A DNA stretch of 64,000 bases from Prochlorococcus sp. AG-402-M15 (GTDB lineage Bacteria; Cyanobacteriota; Cyanobacteriia; PCC-6307; Cyanobiaceae), in contig QCIP01000001.1 of the NCBI GenBank assembly GCA_003216615.1, positions 113,455-177,454 of the forward strand, given 5' to 3'. Positions 48,901-60,000 of the stretch are shown one piece after another. Numbering within the stretch: the stretch's first letter is position 1; each line of letters starts with the position of its first letter. The translations under genes were made by a program, and so were the position numbers. Below the pieces are notes generated by a model, which was not told the origin of the DNA, made no database searches, and saw nothing but the letters and a program-made list of their open reading frames with translations.

Positions 48901-49761
48901 ATGAAAAATATAACTTTTGAAAAATATCAAGGTAACGGAAATGATTTCGTAGTAATCGATTCAAGAGGAAATGAATTTTATAAAAATTACAAGAATAATA
49001 AAATATTTGATATAAAAAAAATTTGTAATAGGCAATTTGGTATTGGAGCAGATGGTGTGATTTTTATAGAAGAACCTAATGAAGATAATTATGCAAAAAT
49101 GATAATCTTTAATTCTGATGGTTCTGAAGCACAAATGTGTGGAAACGGACTTAGGTGTTTAGTTGAGTATCTCCATGTAAATGATTCAATGAATAATAAA
49201 AATATAGAATATAAAATTGAGACTAAAGCAGGCTTAAAAATTGCAAAATATATAAATGATGAAATTAGAGTAAAAATGGGAGTTCCAATTTTAGAAAGTC
49301 AAAATATTCCAACAAAAATTGAAAAAAAAATCAATTCAATTCCTTCACATGAATTTATTGAGAAAAATTTTAATAATATAGGTTATGCCGTAGGAATGGG
49401 AAATCCTCATTTAATATTCTTTGTACAAGACATAGAGTCAATTGTTCTTTCCAGACTAGGTCCTATATTTGAAAAAAATGAATTATTTCCAGAAAAAACT
49501 AACGTGCATTTTTGTCAAATCTTAAATAGAGATAATATCAAAGTAAAAGTATGGGAAAGAGGTGCAGGACCAACCTTAGCCTGTGGAACAGGTGCCTGTG
49601 CTATACATGTAGCAGCTTATAAATTAGGCCTTTGTAATTCACAAACCATAGTAACTTTACCAGGAGGTAATCTTAAAATTGATTGGTCAAAAGAGGAATG
49701 TGAAGTCATGATGACCGGTAATGCTAAAAAGGTTTTCTCAGGATCAATGTTAGTAAATTAA
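48901..49761 (+). CDS. dapF: Diaminopimelate epimerase
   Basis: YQGNGNDFVVID, the first catalytic Cys motif MCGNG and the second catalytic Cys motif ACGTGA are present. Confidence 0.92.
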   Translation: MKNITFEKYQGNGNDFVVIDSRGNEFYKNYKNNKIFDIKKICNRQFGIGADGVIFIEEPNEDNYAKMIIFNSDGSEAQMCGNGLRCLVEYLHVNDSMNNKNIEYKIETKAGLKIAKYINDEIRVKMGVPILESQNIPTKIEKKINSIPSHEFIEKNFNNIGYAVGMGNPHLIFFVQDIESIVLSRLGPIFEKNELFPEKTNVHFCQILNRDNIKVKVWERGAGPTLACGTGACAIHVAAYKLGLCNSQTIVTLPGGNLKIDWSKEECEVMMTGNAKKVFSGSMLVN

Positions 49762-50933
49762 TGGAAAATAATTTTATCTATTTAGATAATGCATCCACAA
49801 CTCCATTATCTGAGAATGTTTTAAATATAATAAATTCAACTTATAGTAATTATTGGCATAACCCTTCATCTACATATGAGCTAGGGATAAAATGCTCTAC
49901 ATATCTTGAAAAAATTAGATCTAAAATTGCTTATATATTTGAAGCAGATCCAGAGGATATAATTTTTACATCTGGTTCTTCGGAATCAACAAATATTGTA
50001 TTTAATAATATTTATGAGAACTTTAGAAATGGTAGAGTTGTTATTTCGAATGTTGAACATCAAGCAACAACTATTTGTGCTAATAAACTAAGAAAACAAA
50101 ATTGGGATATTTACGAATGGAAGGTAAATAATGATGGAATTTTAAATATTTCTAATATAGACAAAATATTAACCAATGAAACTAAGCTTGTATCAATTAT
50201 TTGGGGACAAAGTGAAATTGGGACAATACAACCTGTTCAACTTATAGGTTCCAAATGTGAGGAATTAAATATAATGTTTCATTTAGATGGAACTCAAATA
50301 TTAAGTAATGGAATATTCAGTTGGAAAGATCTTAAATGTGATTTTTTAAGTTTATCTGCTCATAAATTTGGAGGTCCAAAAGGTATCGGTATTCTCTTAA
50401 CAAAAGAAAAGACTAGACAAATTTTAAAAAACAATGACATATCACTTACACAGGAGTTTTCAATTAGACAAGGTACACAAGCTTTGCCATTAATCGCTGG
50501 AATGTATGAATCATTAAAGAATATTAAAGGAAAAATAAAATTATATGATTACATAACTGAATTTCCCTCTAATAATATTAATAAACTTAAAAATTATTTT
50601 TTTCAAAAAATTAAGGATAATAATCATATAAAGATTACGGGTAGTATTAAAAATAGACTTCCCAATCATATTTCGTTTCTACTATTAAATAAATTATTTG
50701 AGCCTATAAGGGCCTATAAGATTGTTAATTTCATGTCAGAAAATAGAATAGCAATAAGTAGTGGAAGTGCTTGTTCAAGCTCATCTGGGAAACCTAGCTT
50801 AACACTTAAAAATATTGGTTTAAATGATGATGAACTATATTCAAATATTCGTGTTACTTTAGGTTCAATAAACAATAAGTCAGAAATAGATAAATTTTTA
50901 GAACTTATTCAAATATGTATTGACAAATTTTAA
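49761..50933 (+). CDS. Class V aminotransferase / cysteine desulfurase-like protein (NifS/IscS type)
   Basis: SAHKFGGPKGIG (PLP lysine) and SSGSACSS (active-site Cys loop) are present. The start overlaps the dapF stop (TAATG). Confidence 0.82.
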   Translation: MENNFIYLDNASTTPLSENVLNIINSTYSNYWHNPSSTYELGIKCSTYLEKIRSKIAYIFEADPEDIIFTSGSSESTNIVFNNIYENFRNGRVVISNVEHQATTICANKLRKQNWDIYEWKVNNDGILNISNIDKILTNETKLVSIIWGQSEIGTIQPVQLIGSKCEELNIMFHLDGTQILSNGIFSWKDLKCDFLSLSAHKFGGPKGIGILLTKEKTRQILKNNDISLTQEFSIRQGTQALPLIAGMYESLKNIKGKIKLYDYITEFPSNNINKLKNYFFQKIKDNNHIKITGSIKNRLPNHISFLLLNKLFEPIRAYKIVNFMSENRIAISSGSACSSSSGKPSLTLKNIGLNDDELYSNIRVTLGSINNKSEIDKFLELIQICIDKF

Positions 50934-51559
50934 TGGAAACTAATTACAGACTACCTAAAGATTTAAATGAATCTCTTAAGAATATGGAGAATGCAATTAT
51001 TCCAAGTTTATTAGATTCAAATAAAAGATTTACTATAGAATTTAATTTTGAAGGATTGAAGTTTAACAGAATTGGAATAACTATCTACAAGATATTATCT
51101 AAAAATAATATTGTATTCATAACATTTGCTGATCAAGGTGCTGTGGCTTTGGCTCAAAGAGACTATCCAAATATAAAAGATAAAATCTTTACTTTTAAAT
51201 CATTTAATGAATCAAATAATATAAATAATATTGATAGTGCAATGATATCGATTCTACCTAAGCCATATGATTTCGATTCATTTGAACCTATGTCTGATAA
51301 TTATCAAGGAACTCATTATTCATTAAATCCAAAATTTGAAGATGCGAATATTGGTATTGGAAGTGTTATTAGAGAGAGACGTAAAAATTTTGTCAAAACT
51401 TGGAAAAATATTTATTTTCTTCAGCCTTTAAATAAAGCAGCTCTTATGCATATTTATCCGAATAACTGGTTACTTTTCAAAGAAAAAAACAAAAAATATT
51501 TTTTAAAAAAAGAATTTGAAATTAAACCCGACAATGAATCTATTTTTGTAAATTTATAG
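50933..51559 (+). CDS. Conserved hypothetical protein (DUF1995-like by recollection)
   Basis: 208 aa. The start overlaps the preceding stop (TAATG). No catalytic motif recognised. Confidence 0.5.
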   Translation: METNYRLPKDLNESLKNMENAIIPSLLDSNKRFTIEFNFEGLKFNRIGITIYKILSKNNIVFITFADQGAVALAQRDYPNIKDKIFTFKSFNESNNINNIDSAMISILPKPYDFDSFEPMSDNYQGTHYSLNPKFEDANIGIGSVIRERRKNFVKTWKNIYFLQPLNKAALMHIYPNNWLLFKEKNKKYFLKKEFEIKPDNESIFVNL

Positions 51560-51560
51560 A

Positions 51561-52790
51561 TTGAATGTGATAAAAAAAATTTATTTATTATTCATAATTG
51601 TTCTTGTATTAGTAACATCTCCTTTCTTAATAATATATTTACTAGCAAATCAGAAAATAACTATTTTAAATAATATTTATTTTAATTACCCTGGAATAAT
51701 TACTAAAAATAAAACATGTCCTACTTATGATGCTTTATTGAATCAAACTCTTGATGAATCTTTTAGTGTATCGATTATTAATAATAAAGGAGAAATAATT
51801 AGTTCCTATAATGATGACGTTCCAAGGTTGCCAGCATCAAATCAAAAATTATTCTCATCAGCTTATGTTTTAAGTAAATATAAATTAAATAATAATTTAA
51901 AAACTTCCTTATTTAAAAAAAATAAAAACAATTATTATTTGCATGGTCAAGGTGATCCAGATCTGAATTATGAACATATAATTGAACTAGTTTCAAATGT
52001 TGAAGAAAATAAAATTATTAACTTTAATATTTTAGAAATTGATTCAAAATTATATTGGCCAAATGGTTGGACAAATACTGATAAACTTTACGAATATGGA
52101 TCTCCAATTACATCTCTTGCAATAGAAAGTAATCACAATAAATATGAAGATATTTATGCATTAAAAAATTTTATTAAAAACTATTTAAAAAATAAATTTC
52201 CAAATTCAAAAGTATATATAGATTTTTTTGATTCAGAAAAAACATTTTATTTAAAAGATATTACAGAGATAAATAAAATATATTCAACTCCAATTCTTTC
52301 ATTATTAACTTTAGCAAATTCTGAAAGCCATAATTTTACCGCTGAATCACTCTTTAAAAATGCCTCAAATACATGGAATGATAATGACTATACAAAATTG
52401 AAAATATGGTTAGAAAATAAAGGCCTCCCTGTAACTAATACATACTTTGCAGATGCTAGTGGATTGTCTCGAAAAAATAAAATTACGACAAAGTTAGTTG
52501 CATTGTTTTTAGATAAAATGAGATATTCTAATAATTTTCAAGCTTATCAATCTACACTTGCAATTATGGGAGTAAGAGGAACATTATCTAAAAGATTTGT
52601 AAATAGTGAATTATCTGGAAAGTTTTTTGGAAAAACTGGTACTCTTTCAAATGTCTTTGCATTATCTGGCTTTTTATATAAAAATGAAAAGCCAATAATT
52701 ATAAGCATTATCCAAAATTCTAATAATATTAATAAAGAAAAAGCTTTTAAATTATTACGTGATGTTTATTACTTGAAATCTTGTAAATAA
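51561..52790 (+). CDS. dacB: D-alanyl-D-alanine carboxypeptidase/endopeptidase (PBP4, peptidase S13)
   Basis: SxxK (ASNQK) and KTG (GKTGTLSN) motifs with an N-terminal membrane/signal segment. TTG start, with a GTG two codons in. Confidence 0.82.
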   Translation: MNVIKKIYLLFIIVLVLVTSPFLIIYLLANQKITILNNIYFNYPGIITKNKTCPTYDALLNQTLDESFSVSIINNKGEIISSYNDDVPRLPASNQKLFSSAYVLSKYKLNNNLKTSLFKKNKNNYYLHGQGDPDLNYEHIIELVSNVEENKIINFNILEIDSKLYWPNGWTNTDKLYEYGSPITSLAIESNHNKYEDIYALKNFIKNYLKNKFPNSKVYIDFFDSEKTFYLKDITEINKIYSTPILSLLTLANSESHNFTAESLFKNASNTWNDNDYTKLKIWLENKGLPVTNTYFADASGLSRKNKITTKLVALFLDKMRYSNNFQAYQSTLAIMGVRGTLSKRFVNSELSGKFFGKTGTLSNVFALSGFLYKNEKPIIISIIQNSNNINKEKAFKLLRDVYYLKSCK

Positions 52791-52795
52791 AAATA

Positions 52796-53269
52796 TTATT
52801 TAAAATATTCTTTTAAATCCTTTTCAACAGATTGGGGTACCATATGATTAATTTCACCCCCAAATTTTGCAACTTCTTTTACTAAAGAACTACTAAGAAA
52901 ACTATAATTTGTATTGGTTGATAAAAATATAGTTTCAATTTCATTATTAAGAGATTTATTTGTATGAGCGATCTGGAGTTCATACTCAAAATCACTCATT
53001 GCTCTTAAGCCTCTTAATATAAGATTAGCTTTTAGATCATTTGCACAATCAACAGTGAGTCCGGAATAAGAAATAACTTGAATATTAGGTAAATGAGAAA
53101 GAGAATTTTTTATTTGTAAAATTCTTCTTTCAATATTAAATGTTGGTGTTTTAGAAGTGTTTTCTAAAACAGCAACTACTAGATTACCAAATATTTTTTC
53201 AGCCCTTTCTATTAAATCAATATGCCCATTTGTTAAAGGATCAAATGTACCAGGATAAAGAATTTTCAT
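52796..53269 (-). CDS. coaD: Phosphopantetheine adenylyltransferase
   Basis: [16 protein letters not shown] (HxGH-type motif) and the ISSSLVKE motif are present. Confidence 0.93.
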   Translation of the reverse strand: MKILYPGTFDPLTNGHIDLIERAEKIFGNLVVAVLENTSKTPTFNIERRILQIKNSLSHLPNIQVISYSGLTVDCANDLKANLILRGLRAMSDFEYELQIAHTNKSLNNEIETIFLSTNTNYSFLSSSLVKEVAKFGGEINHMVPQSVEKDLKEYFK

Positions 53270-53328
53270 GAATTTATTATGATCGAATAAGAAATTTAGT
53301 TAAAATAAGTTTATTAGATATATCAATT

Positions 53329-53817
53329 ATGACATTAAATCTAGAAGCAAAAAAAATCTTATTAAGAAAAATACCTCACGGATTATTCATTTGTGGAGTT
53401 AGAGACGAAGATAAAAATGAAGTGAATGGATTTACTGCTAGTTGGGTGACTCAAGGTTCCTTCACTCCCCCATTAGTCGTAATGGCAGTTAGAGCAGAGG
53501 GTTCTAGTCATGAAATAATAAAGTCATCCAATAAGTTCTCATTAAATGTGCTCAAAAGTGATCAAAAGGATCTAGCAGCTGTTTTCTTTAAACCCCAAAA
53601 AGCATTAGGAGGCAGATTTGAATCTGTTGAATTTAATTTAGGTGAACTTGGATTGCCTATTTTAGTTGATAGTGTGGGTGGAGTTGAATGTAATGTTGTT
53701 GGAAGTGTTATTCATGGAGACCATACCGTTTTTGTAGGAGAAGTTAAATCTGCTTATTTGAATAATGATGTTGACTCACTAAATTTATCTTCAACTGGCT
53801 GGAATTATGGAGGTTAA
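53329..53817 (+). CDS. Flavin reductase-like domain protein
   Basis: NGFTASWVTQGSFTPPLVVMAV and GDHTVFVGEV are typical of the flavin reductase / FMN-binding split-barrel family. Confidence 0.75.
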   Translation: MTLNLEAKKILLRKIPHGLFICGVRDEDKNEVNGFTASWVTQGSFTPPLVVMAVRAEGSSHEIIKSSNKFSLNVLKSDQKDLAAVFFKPQKALGGRFESVEFNLGELGLPILVDSVGGVECNVVGSVIHGDHTVFVGEVKSAYLNNDVDSLNLSSTGWNYGG

Positions 53818-53826
53818 TCATTACAA

Positions 53827-55779
53827 ATGAGTAATTCCTCTATAGAAAAAATAGATAATAAATATAATTTTAAAATTGAATATAAATTAATTAATAATAA
53901 GGATTTATTAAAATCAAGATTATCCGAAATTCCAAAGTCATCTGGTTGCTATCTTTTTAAAGATATAGATAATAATTTACTTTATATTGGTAAATCTAAA
54001 AAACTACGCAGTAGAGTAAGTAGTTATTTCAATAATTTTTCAGATTTAACTCCTAGATTAAGTTTGATGGTTCGTCAAATAACTGAAATAGAAATTATAG
54101 TCACAGATAGCGAATATGAAGCACTAAATTTAGAGTCAAATTTAATAAAAACAAACAAACCATACTTTAATATTCTTTTAAAGGATGATAAGAAATATCC
54201 ATATCTTTGCATAACTTGGAGTGAAAAATATCCTCGAATATTTATTACAAGAAGAAGAAGAAATAGAAATAATTTAGATAGATATTATGGACCTTATGTA
54301 GATGTCGGATTATTAAGGAGAACATTATTTACGATAAAAAAAATATTTCCACTTAGACAAAGGCCAAGGCCAGTCTATAAAGATAGAACTTGTTTGAATT
54401 ATTCAATAGGAAGATGTCCAGGTGTTTGCCAAGAAGTAATATCATCTGACGATTATAAAAAAATAATGAAACAAGTATCTATGATATTTCAGGGAAGGAA
54501 TGATGACTTAGAAATATTTTTACAAAAAAAAATGCTGCAATTTTCAAATGATTTAGATTATGAGAATGCAGCAAAAACAAGGGACCAAATTTCAGGTTTA
54601 AAATTATTAACTGAATCACAAAAAATATCAATTCCAGATTCTTCAATTAATAGAGATATCTTTGGAATAGTTTCAGAAAAAAATGTAGCTAGTATACAAA
54701 TTTTCCAAATGAGATCTGGTAAGCTCATAGGGAGAATTGGTTATAGTCAAAAATTAAATAATGAAGATGAAACTCTTATTCTACAAAGAGTATTAGAAGA
54801 GCATTATATGAATGTTGAAGGCGTAGAAATACCATCAGAAATTCTTATTCAATATAAACTTCCAAAACAAAAAACCATAGAGGATTGGTTAACGTACCTA
54901 AGAAAAAAGAAAGTAAAAATCATAATCCCAAAAAGAAATAAAAAACATGAAACTGTAGAGATGGTTTTAAAAAATGCGAAATTAGAACTAGATAGAATAT
55001 TAAATGGGATACAAGATAATGAATCATCAATTGAGGATCTTGCCCAAATACTTGAATTAAGCGAACAACCTAAAAGAATTGAAGGTTATGATATAAGCCA
55101 TATTCAAGGTACAGATCCAGTAGCATCACAAGTCGTATTTATTGATGGAATTCCTTCTAAACAGAATTATAGGAAATATAAAATTAAAGATCCAAACGTT
55201 TTTATAGGACATAGTGATGATTTTGCTTCGATATATGAAGTAATACATAGAAGGTTTAGGAAATGGTCAAGATTTAAAAAAAGCGGAGGGGATTTTTCAA
55301 TATTAAATGATAAAACGAATAGCAAATTAGACAATGAACTTTTATCAGATTGGCCTGATTTAATAATGATTGATGGAGGTAAAGGTCAGTTAAATGCCGC
55401 TATTAAAGCATTAAAAGAATTAAATCTTGAGGAAGAAGTTACTATATGTTCATTGGCAAAAAAAAATGAAGAAATATTTATTCCAGGCTTTACAAAGTCT
55501 CTTGATACTGATGAAAATCAAAAAGGAGTCCTTTTATTAAGAAAGATAAGAGATGAAGCCCATAGATTTGCATTATCTTTTCATAGAGACAAAAGATCTA
55601 AGAGAATGAATAGATCACAATTGTCCCAAATCAGTGGATTAGGTCCATCAAGAATAAGAGAATTGCTTGAGCATTTTAAATCAATAGACGCAATAAGAAT
55701 AGCTACTAAAGAGGATTTATCAAAAGTTAAAGGACTTGGAAAAAATTCAGTTAATGATATATATGAATATTTTCACTAG
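53827..55779 (+). CDS. uvrC: Excinuclease ABC subunit C
   Basis: GIY-YIG N-terminus (GCYLFKD ... LLYIGKSKKLRSRV), a UVR domain, the endonuclease V-like domain, and a C-terminal (HhH)2. Confidence 0.95.
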   Translation: MSNSSIEKIDNKYNFKIEYKLINNKDLLKSRLSEIPKSSGCYLFKDIDNNLLYIGKSKKLRSRVSSYFNNFSDLTPRLSLMVRQITEIEIIVTDSEYEALNLESNLIKTNKPYFNILLKDDKKYPYLCITWSEKYPRIFITRRRRNRNNLDRYYGPYVDVGLLRRTLFTIKKIFPLRQRPRPVYKDRTCLNYSIGRCPGVCQEVISSDDYKKIMKQVSMIFQGRNDDLEIFLQKKMLQFSNDLDYENAAKTRDQISGLKLLTESQKISIPDSSINRDIFGIVSEKNVASIQIFQMRSGKLIGRIGYSQKLNNEDETLILQRVLEEHYMNVEGVEIPSEILIQYKLPKQKTIEDWLTYLRKKKVKIIIPKRNKKHETVEMVLKNAKLELDRILNGIQDNESSIEDLAQILELSEQPKRIEGYDISHIQGTDPVASQVVFIDGIPSKQNYRKYKIKDPNVFIGHSDDFASIYEVIHRRFRKWSRFKKSGGDFSILNDKTNSKLDNELLSDWPDLIMIDGGKGQLNAAIKALKELNLEEEVTICSLAKKNEEIFIPGFTKSLDTDENQKGVLLLRKIRDEAHRFALSFHRDKRSKRMNRSQLSQISGLGPSRIRELLEHFKSIDAIRIATKEDLSKVKGLGKNSVNDIYEYFH

Positions 55780-55873
55780 TTATAAATATTAATTAATTTT
55801 TGAAAAATAGATTTCTTGATATTGTTAAATATAACTATATTAAAAATATATATTTAGAAATTAATCTAGTAAT

Positions 55874-56440
55874 TTGACAGCTGAAACATATCTCTGGTTT
55901 AAATCACTACACATTATTGGTGTAATCGTTTGGTTCGCGGGACTTTTTTATTTAGTAAGACTTTTTATATATCATGAAGAATCTAAAAATATGGATAATG
56001 AATTAAAAATTGCCTTTAATAAACAATACACCTTGATGGAAAAAAGGCTGGCAAATATAATCACAACTCCTGGGATGATATTAGCTTTAAGTATGGCTAT
56101 ATGCATGGTTATTATGCAGCCAAGTTGGTTAAGTGAGAAGTGGTTGCAAATTAAAATTTCTTTTGTTTTGGGATTAGTAATATATCATTCTTATTGTTAT
56201 AAAATAATGTATTCATTACAAAATGGTACCTCAACCATCTCAGCAAAAAAACTAAGATTATTAAATGAATTGCCTACTTTGTTATTATTTATAATTGTAC
56301 TTTTAGTTATTTTTAAAAATAATTTTCCAACCAGTATTGCTACATGGAGTGTAGTTGGACTTGTTATTTTCATGTTGGCTTCAATACAATTATATGCAAA
56401 GATTAGAATGAAAAATGAGAATTCATTAAGTAATGAATAG
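55874..56440 (+). CDS. hemJ: HemJ-type protoporphyrinogen IX oxidase (UPF0093 membrane protein)
   Basis: WFKSLHIIGVIVWFAGLFYLVRLFIYH is the HemJ-family N-terminal signature. Four or five transmembrane helices. TTG start. Confidence 0.75.
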   Translation: MTAETYLWFKSLHIIGVIVWFAGLFYLVRLFIYHEESKNMDNELKIAFNKQYTLMEKRLANIITTPGMILALSMAICMVIMQPSWLSEKWLQIKISFVLGLVIYHSYCYKIMYSLQNGTSTISAKKLRLLNELPTLLLFIIVLLVIFKNNFPTSIATWSVVGLVIFMLASIQLYAKIRMKNENSLSNE

Positions 56441-57080
56441 GGAAGACTTAATAAAATTAACTTCCAATATTAATAAATATAGTTGTCCTAAAAATATTAA
56501 TTTTCACTGTCATACAAAATTTAGTGATGGAAGTCTAGAACCGCATGAACTTTTAGAACAAGCTTATAAAAATAACTTGAAATTTTTATCAATAACCGAT
56601 CATCATACAATTAAAGCTCATGAATATATAAAAAAAAATAACATACTCAAAAATTATCCTAAAGATTCTTTTACATTAATTTCTGGAATAGAAATTAATT
56701 GTTTGATTCTAGGATGTTTAGTACATGTAATTGGATTGGGAATAGATATTAAAAGTAGATATCTAAATCCCTACATCCTTGGAGAATCTCCAATAGGTAA
56801 TGATTTAAATATTAAATCAGTTATTAAAGCAATAAATTTAGCTGGTGGTTTATCATTTCTTGCACATCCAGCGAGGTACAGGATTCCCTTTTATAAATTA
56901 ATTCCAGAGGCCAAAATACAAGGTATTGATGGAATAGAGGTTTGGTACGATTATGAACTTAATGAAATATGGAATCCTAGTTTATTTGTATGTTCAGAAA
57001 TAGATAAATTAACAGATAAATATTCAATGCTAAAAACATGCGGAACAGATAGTCATGGACTTTCAATATTAGGCAGATAA
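56433..57080 (+). CDS. PHP-domain metal-dependent phosphoesterase
   Basis: NFHCHTKFSDG, ITDHHT and CGTDSHG are PHP-domain metal ligands. The start overlaps the hemJ end. Confidence 0.78.
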   Translation: MNREDLIKLTSNINKYSCPKNINFHCHTKFSDGSLEPHELLEQAYKNNLKFLSITDHHTIKAHEYIKKNNILKNYPKDSFTLISGIEINCLILGCLVHVIGLGIDIKSRYLNPYILGESPIGNDLNIKSVIKAINLAGGLSFLAHPARYRIPFYKLIPEAKIQGIDGIEVWYDYELNEIWNPSLFVCSEIDKLTDKYSMLKTCGTDSHGLSILGR

Positions 57081-57081
57081 T

Positions 57082-60000
57082 TCAGAATTCGTTTTTTTCT
57101 ATTAATGAATCAGTATTAATAATTATGTTCTTTAAATTTTCAATGACATCAGAAGAACAATTATTCCACATTTTTCTATTGACAATTTCAAGAAATCTTT
57201 GTGCAATATCTCTTAAAGCCCATGGATTATTTTCTAGAAAGAAATTCCTAAGATCCCGATCACATAACCATGATTTATAAACTTCCTCATAACACCAATC
57301 TGATACTACTTCAGTAGAAGCATCAAAAGCATATAAGTAATCTAGTGTCGCTGCAAATTCAAACGCTCCTTTATAACCATTATCCTTCATTCCATTTATC
57401 CATTTAGGGTTAAGTATTCTTGATATAACAACTTTATTAATTTCATCTTGTAATTTTGAAATTTTAGATAATCCAAATTTAGATAAATCACCATGATACA
57501 TTTCAGGTAATTTACCGCTCAATTTTTTTACTGCTGAAGATAAACCACCCTGAAACTGATAATAGTCATCAGAATCTAAAATATCATGTTCCTTATTATC
57601 TTGGTTATGAACAACTAACTGAACATTTTTAAGAACATTTTCTAATGTTTTTTTATCCTCTATAGGTTCAAGATTATCACTATAAATCCACTTACTCCAA
57701 TTAAGAAAAGATTCTCCAAAATCATCTATATTTTCCCAATTGGAATTTGAAATTAGTTCTTGTAGACCTGCTCCATATGAACCTGGTGCCGACCCAAATA
57801 TACGATTAATTGGATCACCATCCTTTAATGCTCCAGCAAGAGGGTTAAATTTATCATTCTCATTAAGATTAGAAATTAGATTTATTGCTTTAAAAGTTAA
57901 TTTGACTAACTGAGGAAATGAATCTCTAAACATTCCCGAAATCCTTAATGTAACATCTACTCTTGGCCTTTGGAGAACAGATAAAGGGATGATTTCTAAG
58001 TCAACGACTCTTCTTGAGGGTCCATCCCAAATAGGTTGTACGCCTAATAAATATAATATTTGACAAATGTCTTCTCCACCATTTCGCATGGTGGATGTTG
58101 CCCATACAGATATTGCTATATTTTTTAAATCTTCTCCATTTTCTTGTTTGTATAAATCAATAATTTGAGACGCAGATTTACAACCAACACTCCATGCTGA
58201 TTCAGTTGGCAGTCCTCTCGCATCAACTGAAAAGAAATTTTTACCAGTGGGTAAAGCTTCAGTTTTACCTCTCGTAGGGGCTCCAGATGGTCCACTTTTT
58301 ACATATTTGCCATTTAATGAATTAATAAATGATAATTTTTCATTATATGAAGAATTAATGATTGGATTTAGTATCTCATTTTTTAATAACAAAAAATAAT
58401 TATTATGTTTTTTATCATTAAAGAAATGGTCTATTATTTTCTGATTTTTATATTTTTCTAAATATTTTATATTGGTTTTCTTTTTGTAAAAAAACAAATA
58501 TATAATATATTTTGCTTGTTGTTCCAAAAACTCAATAGCCATTCTAAAGTTTAAAATTTTTTTGTTGGAAAAAGACAATAATATTTTTTTATCCTTTTCA
58601 GTTAACTTTTGATCATATTTATTTGTCCAAGGATTCAAATTTAGTTTTAAATTTTTCGCTATATATTGAACAACACCAATTCGGTTGGCATTAGGTACTC
58701 TAGCAATACACAAGAATAAATTTATTTCATTAATATCATTCTGCCTATTGCCAAATACATGCAAACCTGTTCTAATTTGAGATTCTTTAATTTTGCAAAG
58801 AAAGGAATCAATTTCTTCTATTTGAATATTTTTATTCTTTAAAGTAATTTCATTAAAATCTTTTTTAATTAATTCAAAAATAGATTTTTCTATTATCTCA
58901 ATACGATTAGAATTTAATAATTTTGCTTCATAATATTCGTCTAAATAATTTTCTAATATTGAATATTTTCCATATAATTCTGACCTATCCAAAGGAGGGG
59001 TTAAATGATCAATAATTGTGGCAGCAGTTCTTCTTTTAGCTTGGGATCCTTCTCCAGGATCATTTACGATAAAGGGATATATGTTAGGTATTGCTGGACA
59101 AATAATATTTGGAAAACATTTATTGCTGAGACCTATAGATTTACCAGGTAACCATTCAACAGTCCCATGTTTACCAATATGGCATATAGCATTTGCATTA
59201 AAAATTTTTTCAATCCAAAAATATTGTGCTAAATATCTATGTGGAGGTGGAAGATCAGGAGAGTGAATATCTCTATCAGTGTAAGTGTCATAACCACGTT
59301 GAGGTTGAATCAATAATATTATTTTTCCAAATCTAAGACCATTTATTGAGAAGCCTTCATTATCTAGATCGATCGCTTCAGATGGTTTACCCCAACGATT
59401 AACAATAATATTTTTGGGATCAAGTTCTAAATAATTCCAATATTTTAAATATTCACTAAGTGGTAAGTAATCTAATGGTTTATTATTTTGAGATTCAATA
59501 TCATTAGTTCTAGTTTTTATAAGCATTGACATTAATTCCGAAGAATCTTGAGGATAATTACAAGATCCAAGGTCATAACCTTCTTCTTTTAACCAATTAA
59601 GAATATTTATTATTGAAGATGGTGTATTTAGACCAACGCCATTACCGATTCTTCCGTTCTTTACTGGATAATTACTTATTACTAAACAAATTCTTTTATC
59701 AAAATTATTAAGTTTCTGAAGTTTCACATAATTTGTTGTAAATTTTGAAATCCATTCAATCCCTACTTGATCAGCTTTGTAACTAGTTATTTCACTGTAA
59801 AGTGTATTTTTTTTGGATATTATTTCTTTAAAAGCAGAAGGAGAGGTGGTAATTCTTCCATCAAATTCGGGAATAATTATTTGCATTAATAAATCAGATG
59901 AATTCATTCCAATTGATGAATTTAACCAATTTTTTCTTGACCTATTAGAAGAAAGAAGCTGTAAAATTGGAATTTTAAGAGAAGTAAAAATATTTGTAGA